Shown piece after piece: positions 36,601 to 48,400 of a stretch of DNA of 64,000 nt (its first letter is position 1; every line of letters begins with the position of its first letter). The stretch is from Raillietiella orientalis (taxonomy: Eukaryota). The stretch covers positions 5,270,001 to 5,334,000 of the forward strand of contig JAYWIR010000002.1 in assembly GCA_036172245.1 (NCBI GenBank). Direction: 5' to 3'. The notes under the pieces are model-generated. The model was not told where the DNA came from and did no database searches. It was given only the letters and a program-made list of their open reading frames with translations. Made by a program: the position numbers and the translations under genes.

Positions 36601-39600
36601 GCTTCCGTACTTCATTGCTCATGAAACTCTCCTTTTATCTTTTCCTGGATATCAAAAATGGAGAAAATTGAGCGAAAACAAAAGTTAATACGAAAGCATG
36701 ACTCCTCAGCGTCGAGAGTGATACTGTAAATATACTGTTATCAAAGAGTGGATACATTTAGTGAACAAGGAAGTGAGTAAACATGTTTAAGGAGTCGAGA
36801 TTTAGATTTGAAAGCTGACGAAAGCTTTAATTCCTAGTTTCTTGTATCTTAGGAGACTGATCACGAGGTATTGGATACGAAGATAGATTGCGTTCATGTG
36901 TCGTTGTTACAATTCCGAAGGATCGTCTTTGCTTCGAATGTAATGTTTGCATTTCAGGGGGAAAAGATGAAAAGCTTGACCGCTGACCTGCTCCAGGAAT
37001 AATTTACGTTTAGACTCTTCGAGACTGATCTCCTAACGATACACTTCAGAACCAGCATTTGTCTCTAGGTAACTAAAATAAATCCTGGAAATCGACAATC
37101 TTAGATCAGAATCTTGAATCTAATTTTGAACACATCATCCAAGTGTTGCTTCAGAGAAGTCAACACTTGGAGTCATAATATCATGAATGCGCGGTTGCTA
37201 AGCGCCGAAGGTCTGCTGGATTAAATGGTAACCCTTAGAGCTAGGTGACTTGTCGAGTTCAGACGGATGAATAACAGGAACTTATCATCCAGAAGATCTA
37301 AAGGAAATGCACTTTACAAAAATGCTCAGTTTGCAATGAGAATCAGGAATTCATATAATGACGTTCACGCCATCTTCCTGCAGCACACGCATTTGCACGT
37401 GTACATAGGCAAAATGCGAGATTTTCTGTATGATTTGAGAATAGATGATCAGACACGGAATATTTATTGAGACAGCAGGCTGCATGAGATGTAGCCGTAT
37501 GTTTCATGAAAACTTTTATTTATTTATTTTTTTTTCCAGCATGAACAGACAAGCATTCGTGTCATGGTTGTGATCATTTGTAGAGAAGGATATTAATTAT
37601 ACAAGAAAAAGCTGCACTTCAACATGAATGTCCTGATTTGATGCAAACGTTTTTGGAAAGTAATGCAGCATTCAGGCCTTTCGAAATCGTGTGGAAATAT
37701 CTAAGCGTGCAATATGATGAGGTAGTGGTGGTCCATCAATTTAATAGTACCTCATGCCGACGATTCTCAAGATGGCTCCCTCAGTTGTTTTTAACATGAT
37801 CAATTTTTTTTTTTTAAAAAAAAAAAAACTTCTCCTCTAGTATTTTCGATGAATGATTATTGCTCCATTCTCATTGAACGATTTAGTTAAGTTTTAATGA
37901 CACGATCGAGCGAGGTGAAAAAGAAGGCAAATTAACGCATGCGTTTATTTGGGAGAACGATGAAGCGTGAAAAAAAATTTCATTCTTTTAATTTTCCTCA
38001 CTTGTTTTCACTAATTTCATGTGTATCCTTGACATTTCTACGAAAACCTGGATTTAAAGAGTGTGAAGCTGCCTTTGTACGGTGTACCTTACCCACAATT
38101 TCACCACGAGTCCATATCAGTTTTCACGTACATGCAAGCTATCTGGGCTATCGAAGGACGATTCCCCCTAAATTCGGTTCTTCTCGAAAGAAGTCGAGCT
38201 GAATAAACCAAAAAAAAAAAGCTCATTCGATTTGATTCGCTTTTTGATTTGACCGAGTTTCAAAGTTGGATTGTGGCCTGGCTTCGTTTTGTGAATAAAC
38301 ACAACTGCAGAATGGAAGATTGCATTTTACAATGGAAGCATCTTCTGACCCTCGAAAGACTTCCACTATATAATGTAGAAGAATGTATCTTCAAGTGGAA
38401 GCCCTTAAAAGCGTTTGTTTCATTCCATTTTATTTTATCTTTACCATCAACCACATATTGAAACTCATGCTCGTTTTTTCATCATGATTATGGAATGAAA
38501 TTTTTAAAAAATTTATGCAGTTGCATGATAACGTTTTTAACAAGTCATCAGTGGTTTCTTTCTGAACTGTTTTCAAGTCGATTGCATTTCAAAATGCCTG
38601 AGATAATGATGACGATGATGATAGCGATACTAAAAAGAAGGATAAAATAAACACGAATGATACTGTACTGCTATTTCTCACGAAAGATTAGAGATTGAGC
38701 TCAAGAAAATGCTGTCTTACTCGAAACAGCTCCCTCCCTCTTTGCTCGCCACGTTCAGACCCGGCACTGCACACAAAGCACCTCAGCGTGAGCCGTCGTC
38801 AAGTAAGACTGTTGACACGGTTGCATCATCACTTTGGAAAACATTGCGGAATTTCAAAGCACGATAAGGGGCTTGCATCGGAAATTCAACACAGCTGGTC
38901 AAGCTATGCCCATGCACGACAAGGGTGACACACGTCCGTTAATGGCGCTGTGACTTCACGATCACGACGAAGGATCAGTGTACTGGATGAAAGGAGAAAC
39001 GCGCACACTGCGAAGATCCTGAGGCTTCCCCCTTTGAGAAATGCAGCTACAGTCCTTCGGCATGCACCTTATGTCAATTTGATTAGCATCTGCTGACGCT
39101 CGCATAAATGTCTCCGGCGCTATCGGGGCACGGTGCCTGCTACGTTCTTCTGGATGCTTCAAGTAATGTTAAAGCATCTTGCATGAATCAACGTCCTGGA
39201 AATATTTATTGCATAGGTATAGGCAGTCGTTCCGATTGTTCTGCAGAATGGTTCGCAATGAAACTTTGAAATCCACAGCTTCATATTTTTTTTTTTTTTT
39301 TTCCCAAGCAGAATACACGTTTCACCTCCGTATTCTGAAATTCTGTCACTCTTTGTCTGAAGTGATAGACACATGCATTCCACGCCACTGCCTATGGACT
39401 TGCCAATACGATTCAGATTTGCTAATGTGAATACAATACATTAAGAGTCTCGTATGAATAAACGAGAAAACACAATTTCATCACTACTCTTGTCATCACA
39501 TCATATTCATTCATTCCGTTTTTCACTTGTCAATGCCTTTCTTTTCTTTAATGAATGTTTGACAACATCATACATAGCGTGGATGGGTTAAAAGGCCTGA

Positions 39601-42439
39601 AGTACTTAAAGGAACTGGACCTATCTCACAACCTTTTGGAAAAAGTTGATTGCATTGATGGAGAATCCTTGGCCATCTTAAATCTGGTAAAACCAAACTG
39701 CAAAATTCGAAAATCAATATTTTCGTTGATCCTTTTCTGAAATCAAACTGAGCCCTTTCAGAAAACGTTCCATCTTGGAAAGCTGATATGTTTCGGTGAA
39801 GCGGATGCATCCTTTACTGAAACGTATTTTCGTAATGGGAGCATTTCCAGTTTCGAAATCTTCGGCAGCGTTTTCATGAGACGAAAACGAAATATGCGTA
39901 GTTTCGATTTTTCGTTATTTTTGGTCCAACCGTCATCTTAATCATGAAATTGTGATTTGATCTTAACACGCATAGTTCACGCTGTATTTCAGTTCGATGA
40001 CGCTAAATCGGCGCAGCAAAGACCGACAAATTTCTGTTGGTAATCTGCTGCTAAGTTTTGCCTCTTGGTGATGCGAACTGAAGGAGTTTCTGACTTAATA
40101 AACACGAAGGAGAAAGCGGGTGGCGTAAGAAATGTTCGTGGGAATTGCTTTATTGCATACGAACATCTCACGGATAGAAGGGTCGCTTTGTTATCTCTTT
40201 CTCAATTTTTAAAATCTTGATCGTTTTCTTTCCTATGGCATGTCGAACGAGTCGACCACCAGCATCGACGTTTGTCATCCGTAATTTCACCTTTTTGAAT
40301 TTTTATCTAAATTCTTCCATCTTCTGATTTATGCCTGTCACTTCCATTTCTATAGCGGCAGTTGCTTTCATTTATTCGCTGAGTACACACTCTGTTTGTT
40401 AAATTCAATATCCTACTTTAAGCAGTTTGGCATCGTTTTCTGTTGAGATGACTGCTTTTGACATTCCCGTCGAAGCAGTTCTGCGTTTCTGTTTCCACTT
40501 TGCTTGGAAAGCAGCTGCATGATTACAGAATGAATTGAGCTATCGTGACGGTACTGCCACTCCCTGGGATTTCCAGGAAAAACACGATGCCTTGATGCTC
40601 GTATTTGTGTTTTGCTTCAAAGTAATGAAAACCTCGGTTCTCTACTGAAAATGGAACGTTCTTACGAAAATCCACATCCCTCTAAGAAAGCTCGGTACAG
40701 AGGAGTAAAGACGCTCAGCAAAAAACAGTATGCTTCCACCAATCTCTGAAGCCATTCAGCGAGACCGCATTGGGAATCACAAGCAGCACCTCGAAATTCA
40801 AAGTGCCTATTATGCCAAGTCTTGCACCTTCATTTTCCCCACGTTCGACATGAAGTAGGAAATCGTATCGTAACACAGTGATTCTTTCAATGGGATCCAA
40901 ATAAATCGAAAAGCACGGGAAACGAAAATTTCAGATGATGCAAGCGATGATTCGGTAAAATCGCATTGCAAAATAACAAAAGCTTGTTTGAATCTTATTC
41001 GTTCATCTATTTTTTCCATTTACGCAAAACATTCATACGACATCAGGAAAGTTACCATTTCATGAGGGAATCAACCTGAAACTCATAAAAGAGTTGATGC
41101 GACGCATGTAGAATAAATTGGTAAAAATGTCATTAAAAAAGTTTGCTAATAGATGTCGATACCTTGAATCAGCAGTGAGGATTTTCTTTGTGTTTTTAGT
41201 AGATTTTTTTTTTTCTTTTCATATTTTAAGTTGAATAGTATCTACGATGCCAGCAAAAGTACGCAACCGCCTAACCCCTTGAAAGGTTGATCTTCGAATC
41301 TGCTTTCATCGACTCGTACAGTCCGATCAGAACCAGAGTGCCTACCTCTTTCAAGATGAAGGGCATTCCCGAACTCAAAGATGCAAGCGTCCTTGCAGTT
41401 TGCTCCAAAACGAAGCATTAGTTTGCTAAGTCATTTTGAAGGCTCTTTAATTTTCCGTCCCAAGAAATGCAGCTTTATGTTTTGTTGAGTATGACTGCCA
41501 TGTATGTTTATATGTACATTTGGTTAGCACTTTAATCCCTGGTAAATGTTAGCGTGTTGATGGGTACTTTGAACACAGATTACGAGCGTGTGGATTTACT
41601 CCATGCCCAGCCTTGAAAAGGTGTTTCAGCATTTTTTTTTCTTCTTCTTCTCAATTATCAGAGCAACAACAGCCTACAATCTATTGAAGGGATACAAGCA
41701 ATTTCTTTACTGGAGCACCTGGACCTCAGCTACAACAAATTACAGAAATGCATCTGCTCCATTTTAGCCAACAAGCTGTACTTGAAGGAACTGGATTTGT
41801 CTTGTAAGTGGGAACAAAGCTTTTTCTTTTTGTTTTCCTGATTGAAATTCTGTTACTGCTGTCACAGGCATCAGGCGCAAGCAAAAGATCGAAACCTTTC
41901 ATTTTTCATAACAGGAAGGAAAAAGCAAATCATGAAAAATATGCTTAACTGCTCGGTGCAGCACGCTATCAAAAGATGATGCACACTTTCGATTAAACAC
42001 AAGCTTGCAAACTTCTTGATAATAAGAATTCACAAAACGGACGAAATTCAGTTTTTGTTTTGTAAAAAAGCGTAGTATAATTTTTAATTGTTTTCTACTT
42101 TGACAAATATCCTCCAGCAGGATGCCATTTTTTAAATGGAGAATCGATATTTTTCGGATGGTCGAATTCTGCTTAATAAAAGTCCAAAGTTGCGCAAACT
42201 TCAAAATCCTCGAAAACAAGAAGCGTTTTTATGAAATGCTGTGATCTATTGCAGATAATTTGTTCCCGGGGCTGGACATGCTTTGCTGCTTGAAAACCTC
42301 TCAGCCGGTCCAGAGGATCAACTTGGCAGGAAACGAAATCTGCACGGTTTCTCATCATCGATCCCTGGTTTTGTTCCACATGCCCCAGCTGGAGACGTTG
42401 GACGACGTGCAAACAACACTGAGTGAAAAGGCACGTTGA
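33677..42439 (+). CDS. LRGUK: LRGUK-like leucine-rich repeat protein (LRR and LRRcap portion; 3' end uncertain)
   Basis: Exons 33677-33884, 33933-34115, 39562-39686, 41662-41803, 42255-42430 join in frame into tandem SDS22-type LRRs (LTKLNLSDNNI; MPYLKELDVSHNQI; NFAPPIALRLANFSHNKI; LVILNLSYNII; LKELDLSHNLL; LNLSNNSL; LEHLDLSYNKL; LKELDLSYNL) plus an LRRcap (INLAGNEIC..HRSLVLFHMPQLETLDD). The MPYLxELxxSxN..F.PP..L..A.FSHN.I segment is what I recall from LRGUK. The last recognised exon ends either at a GC donor (AAG|GCACGT, 42431) or at TGA 42437-42439. Confidence 0.75.
34116..39561 (+). other. Putative U12-type (minor spliceosome) intron 2 of the LRGUK-like gene
   Basis: 5' splice site GTATCCTTTT at 34116 matches the U12 consensus RTATCCTTT. 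A branch-point-like TTCTTTAAT lies at 39544-39552, about 10 nt before the only junction (39561/39562) that restores the LRR LNLS-Y-NII. Confidence 0.75.
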
Positions 42440-45400
42440 AGCGTTTTCTCGATTGCAACCGAACCATCGGAGTTTATGAATGAATCTCCCTCGAACTTCT
42501 GCACCGCATTCCGATTTGAGTCAGGTCTCCGCTGCCGGTGATCTACGATCCGATCGCGCATCTTTCGATAGATTCACCAATATCATTGGCTTGCACCTCT
42601 CTTGACCTTTTTGAAATGACCTGCACCAACATGAACACAGCAGGCCGAAAAAGACGCTTCCAAGTTCCAAACAGGTTACGAGAAACCTTCCTTTTCGTTA
42701 CCCTTTCCCTCGTGCCAGACGTCATATCCGCTTAAGAAATGTACTGTGGCCCGCTAGCATACGTGTACACGGCGAACGCCAATCTTTTATATTCCTACTC
42801 CTATATCTGTTTGTTATCTTGCTCGTGTCATAGGTGCTGGTGATGGGCTCAAAAAGGAAAGGGAATGGAGAGAGGGGCAAGTCTTTTGGGGAGGGAGGGG
42901 GGGGGGGCGACGCTTGCATTCACGAAAAAAAGAAAGAAATGAAATGGAACGTGCATAGAGAGGAAGCACAAAGGGATGACAAATCCAAATGCTAATACCT
43001 TGGCAACCATCGATTTCTCAGTTGGGCGAAATTTCCAAAAGGGATTCCAAAAACTGCAGAGAAATTCAGAAAAGTCCAGAGGGCCACATGGAAACGCGCT
43101 GTGGGCAGCGGGAAACCCAGGCCCCGCAAACTTATGGGCTGTTCTAAATCGATTGCCTAGCACGGAAGAATACACTCATTTTCTTCTTTTGATATGCATC
43201 GAAATGCATCATATACGTATGAAAGAAACTTACACCGTTAGATTTTAGGAAATCAGGTTCGTGTTTAGTGGAAAAAAAAAATGACCAAAGTTTTAGAGGG
43301 CACCGGCAGTCACTTATCCCAAACATTCGCTTTTCTTCATTTCCATTCAGGGGAGCGGTTTCACCAGGAACGCAAGGGGAAAAAAGAGTCTGACAGACAG
43401 CACACTACGAAAATAGAGTAAGCTGGTTTTAGAACCTGAACTTTTGAATGCATCATTCCCGAATGAAATTTCTTTAATACCTGCAGCGAAACCGCACGAC
43501 GTCTTGGCAATGGACAACTCGGTGCATTTGCTCCTGTACGTGCCTGCGGAATCTCGTAAACCCGGGATCACCTCCTGGGAAAATCTCAGGAAACAAAAAA
43601 AAAAAAAAAAATCATGGTAGAGCATCCGACTAAGACACCTCGATCCCGACACCTCGATCCCGAAGAAGTACGTTAAAAATGCGTTCCAAACGGGAGTCAC
43701 TGGATCTGCTGGTACCCATGTCACGATAGCGTGCCATATAACAGTACTGAATACGGCGTACCAGTGTTTCGAGCATTTTGAACTCTTCTGAAAAATCAGG
43801 GGCAGTTTCCTTGCTGTTGCATTTGTTGCTTGCAGCTGGAAGGTTGCCGATACTTTCGTGTGGATTTCGTGGATACACGGCAACGCATCCACGGAACGCA
43901 AGTATCAGTGAAAGGGTAGGCATCCGAGCCTCAGATCTGCCACAGAACTGAAGGTGTCCCTGCTCTGGTGAGAGACGCACTTTCCCCCAGTCTTTTCGCT
44001 TCCGAGGAGCTTCGTCCTCCCGACCCTGCTCATCTGCAGGAGTCGGAAGCAGGCAAACGATATAGAAACTTGGCGATCTTAACCATCTTTTCACGGACGA
44101 ACGTACCCATGTCAAACCCCCGGAATTACCTGAACTGTGAAAAAGAAAAAAAAAAACTCTATCTTACGTGTAAATGCAAGAGAATAGTTTGTCTTCCGAG
44201 AGAAGAAGAAGCAAAAATTACTCGAAAAGGGAAATGGGTTCCGAAAGTCAAGCCTTCGTGCTCCGAAACTGGTTAAAATCGAGTTTGAAAAGATGGGGAT
44301 CCCGCCCATTTCAAGAACTGGGATTCAGCAAACAGCAAGAGGCGAGATGATTGTGTCCTGCTGTATCTGCATCGAAGAAGCACGAAAAAGCAAGATGATC
44401 CGGGATCATTTCCAAGGTTAGTTGGCGGATTCGGACTCGAGTATGAAAGATCCTCTGCAAGAAATAAACTGTTGAAGGAGCGGAAACGGAAGTGGAATAA
44501 TTAATGACAATACTGACAATCACTTTGAAATGCATCAAAGGTGATGATATTTTTCTTAAAGGAAAAAGTTAATTTTTTCTCAGGGGGGGAAAGAAAAAGG
44601 GAAGAAACGTGCGTTCGAGAAAGAAAGGAAGAAAGAAGAAGCGAGAAAGTCTTGTAGAGAAGAGGGTGGTGAGAAGAAGGTAAAGTGTCAAGACAGACTC
44701 CTTGAACAGCATGACCTGATTCCCAACGTATCCCTTGTCCTTCCCAGATTGTGAAGAATCCTATAGAAACGGATGCAATAATTGTAGGCACTCGCTCAAT
44801 GATAGAAGGCTGGATATTGATAACACCTCGAAACTGAGAGAACATCAATGGCGTATTCCTCACTTCTGAACAGCATCCTTGGGATTCTTCGAGAGGTTGG
44901 GAGTTGAAATTTCTTCTGTATTCCACAACCTGGTCACAGAAATATTCAAGGAATCCTCGCTTAAACTCGTCTGTGAGGTGAAAAGTCACGCCCCTCGAAA
45001 TTTTTCGCAAGACGCAATGTTTGGCTGAAAGCTGAACTAAACTCACGCACTTACCCTTTAGAGGGGAACTGGCTTTCTAAATTCAGCCATGAAAGTGTTT
45101 GGGATATATTCTGCACCTGCTACCTTTGCTAATTCTGTGTGAACCACCACATTGTGAAGCAGCTATTGCAGCACTGGACTCGGACAACCACAATTTCGAT
45201 AATGATTGAGGCTTGCTGCTGCGTTCAGTGGATGCAGAACCTGGAGTGTTCTTGTTTCACCTTAGGTTGAAGCGGTCCTGTACTTCGATAGGCCTCTTCT
45301 CTTGAGAGCGGTCGACCTCTACAGAACTTTGATGCAAAACTCTGCTGGACGTTATGGAATCCCCGATTACAAAGGCTACCCTCTGTATCCAGTGTTCGTT

Positions 45401-48400
45401 CTCGTCATTCTTCCACCCTTTCATTTCGACTTCCTGCTCACGCATCTCGTGGAATCCGATCCGAGGTTCCATCTCGGGTAAGAACCCTCTTCTTTCGTGG
45501 ACGCTGGTCATCCGGAATGGAAAAATGTAGCGAACGGAGAGTGAATCAGTTCTGTTCCTTGAATTCGAATTTTAGAAGGACCGTCGCATTTTCGAAACGC
45601 ACCTCTTCCAATTGCAGAGCAGTTGCTTTATTCCTTCAGCTTTGGATAGCAACCTAAAGGATTCTAGTTGAAGAGGTGCCCAAACAACGTTCGTATCCTT
45701 ATCGTGGAATCCATCCAAAATCCGTTGCTACGAACCTTTCTCAGCCGAGTCCTTTCAGCCTCCCAAACTGTTACTACAATACTCCAGTCTCTGTACTGTG
45801 TCGAACTCATTGCAACGTACACGGAAATGTAAGATAATGCTGAGCTTGACCTGGAGGGTTCTCTTCCTCTTGAAGTTCCCCTTGATCGTAGTGATAATCT
45901 TCCGACGTCTTGAGGAAGTGAAGCCAAAAAAATTGACCCTTTCCACCCTTCACCAAACTTCCTTGTCCACTTTGAGGACCACCTGCTTCTCAGTTTCGTT
46001 TGTTTGCTTGCTTTCCGTGTTTGTTTGTGATAAAATTGAAATATCCCTAAACTGCATGTATGAAATTGTATTTTTTTTTTTTTTTTTTTTTGGCTTTGAA
46101 AAGGAATGCAAGTTCCTGAACCCATCTTTCGAACATCCACTCTAAAGCATAGTTGTACAAGTAAGCACATTCATCGATTGCCGTTAATTTAAAGATCCCC
46201 CCTCCAAAAAACAAATAGCCATCCTGGAAAATCAAAGCAGGATTTATTTACTCACTTTTTCAAAGGGTTTTCATTGATGGTCCTTGTTTTTTCTGATTTT
46301 CTGATTTCTCATTTCGAAACACTCCGAGGTAAGACACTTGTAAGAGACCCGCGCTCTAAGAGTCGGAAAGAAGGAAAACTGGAAAACTGCCAGATCACGA
46401 ATTAGTGACCATCCCAAACGATACGACTCGACTACAAGTTCATGAAATATCTTTGCATACAATGAATATCTTCATGTAGAATCTCCTTAGACATTATTCA
46501 AGTACCTACGAACCTACCGTTGCCTTTGAAGCTTTTGGATGATTATCATGACCTCACACTAGCCGGTAATCTTCTACAGTGCGTTCCTCATTCTAGTGAA
46601 GCACGTCTGGAAACACAAGGTTGAAACAAGCTGAGGTGATACATGGGGTAAAGATGAAATCAGCGGTGGCGACAGCAGGGACAGGCGAAAGTAACGGGAA
46701 TGAAAGTGCCGTTGAGGCTCAGGAAAGAGGATGAATAAAAAAAATCTTTTCCCATCATTACTTGGGGAGTTGTTCTATCGATGCAGATCCTACAAGAGCA
46801 AATTCCTACTTAATACACGCGTTTCTCATCTTTCCTGCGCGGAATAGCCTTTTGCTTTACCCTGACAAATCGAATTCTGGTAATGGTGTGCTTATCTTCT
46901 AGTCTGCACGGCTCTTGTGTATGTTATCTCGATCTGCTCTCCCTTCGAAATTTGAACGAAAAGCCAGATGAATCTTTTCAGTAGCTTTTTAGGAGTCCTG
47001 TATCCCATGTTCAAACGTTGCAAAAACTGGATGAATGAAGGAATACGACAGAAACGGGCTTGGATGAGTTTTCAAGATCCTTTCAGGAATGGTGCCAACT
47101 GCTCTAAATGAGGCTAAGCTTCCATAATGCAGATTCCCACTTGAGAAAATGAATTGTTCACCAAATAGGCGAGGAAGGCTGCGTGATTCAGTACAAGGGA
47201 AATGGACTGCCAAGGATGTGATATTGATGCCAAAACAAGAGAAATGGCCAGTGTCCCTTGCATGGCCAGACTTCTTGCAAGCAAAGATGCCAGATGGATC
47301 CGTGGATTCGAATCCAGATCTCAATGAGACATCCAGCTGATACGAGAAAGGGAGACATCAAAAAGTGATAGTGAACGTCTTTGCCACTCTTTCCGGTAAT
47401 TTCACTCCGATTTCGTTGGGCCGTCCAAAGGAACTGCTCCTCCCACTGGGATGACATCCTCGCGAACGTTTCCTCACACGGAACTCATGGCTTTTCACTT
47501 CAATGGCTTCTATTTGCGATCATCACTGACGATTGGCCTGCGGCTCCGTTGATCCTCACAAAAATCTGGAGATGAGGGCATCAAGAGGCTTGTGATCTAG
47601 GTGGTTGTTTTCAGAATCCTTTCGCGTCGGAGTTCCAACAACAACAAAAAAAAAAGAGAACCGCACCGGTGACTGGTGACTGGCGATCCAGGAACATCAG
47701 TACTGAGCAGATATGAAATGCCTTTTCGTTGACTCCATGTAGCGTTCGATGGCAATTCTTAATGCAGTTCCACTGGATTAATTTTCTCATTACTCGCAAG
47801 AATCCCTTAATGATGAATGCTTTCAAATCATTCCATCAGGGATTACTCTGAGGCGATCTTCGTATCCCAAACGATCTGTAAAAATTAAAACAGGATGAAG
47901 TAGAGTTCAGTCTCATGTAGGGCTAGAGAAAACCCTGACCCTGTTCGTTTGTGAATCACCGTCCATCGGAAACCCTGGATCTCAGAGTTCCTTAGTGTGG
48001 TTACCCAGAAGCTGAGCAAAAATTCGTGAAAATTGTTGCAGAACGAATCGCGGTAGAAAGAATGTATGAACAAGAATCTCGCCTTCCCAAGGTTCGAAGA
48101 AGTTTTGCTAATTCAGGATCTCGGTTGCAAACTAACCATCGTCTTGCATTCACTCCTTGCTGATTTTTCTATGTATTCAGCGATGATTATCTCGAAAATC
48201 TTCTTTTGTAACTTTTCGATTTGGGCAATTATGTTGGTCTGTGTTAATTTGGCTTTCTTCCTTTATTGCTATCCATAAAGAATTTATTTATATTTTTTTT
48301 TTCTCATCACACTTTGCTATTACTTCGACCGGTGGATCATCACAGACCACTAAAAAAAAAGAACCTTTTTTTACTACAGTTTCGCAAAAATTTGGGCAAT

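Noticed and set aside
37716..37755. let-7-like seed TGAGGTAGT with inverted TACCTCAT
   Set aside because: Stem only about 8 bp and about 40 nt overall; the rest does not match let-7.
45693..45701. Second U12-like donor GTATCCTTA
   Set aside because: No convincing upstream exon or matching branch point.
43350..47110. Exon-like segments (minus about 43482-43576; plus about 46491-46619 and 46993-47111)
   Set aside because: Plausible splice signals but no recognisable protein and no phase-consistent link to the LRGUK exons.
47340..47457. Minus-strand GKSGKDVHYHFL resembling a guanylate kinase motif
   Set aside because: Opposite strand to the LRGUK-like gene, no P-loop, stops upstream; probably chance, though a tBLASTn would settle it.
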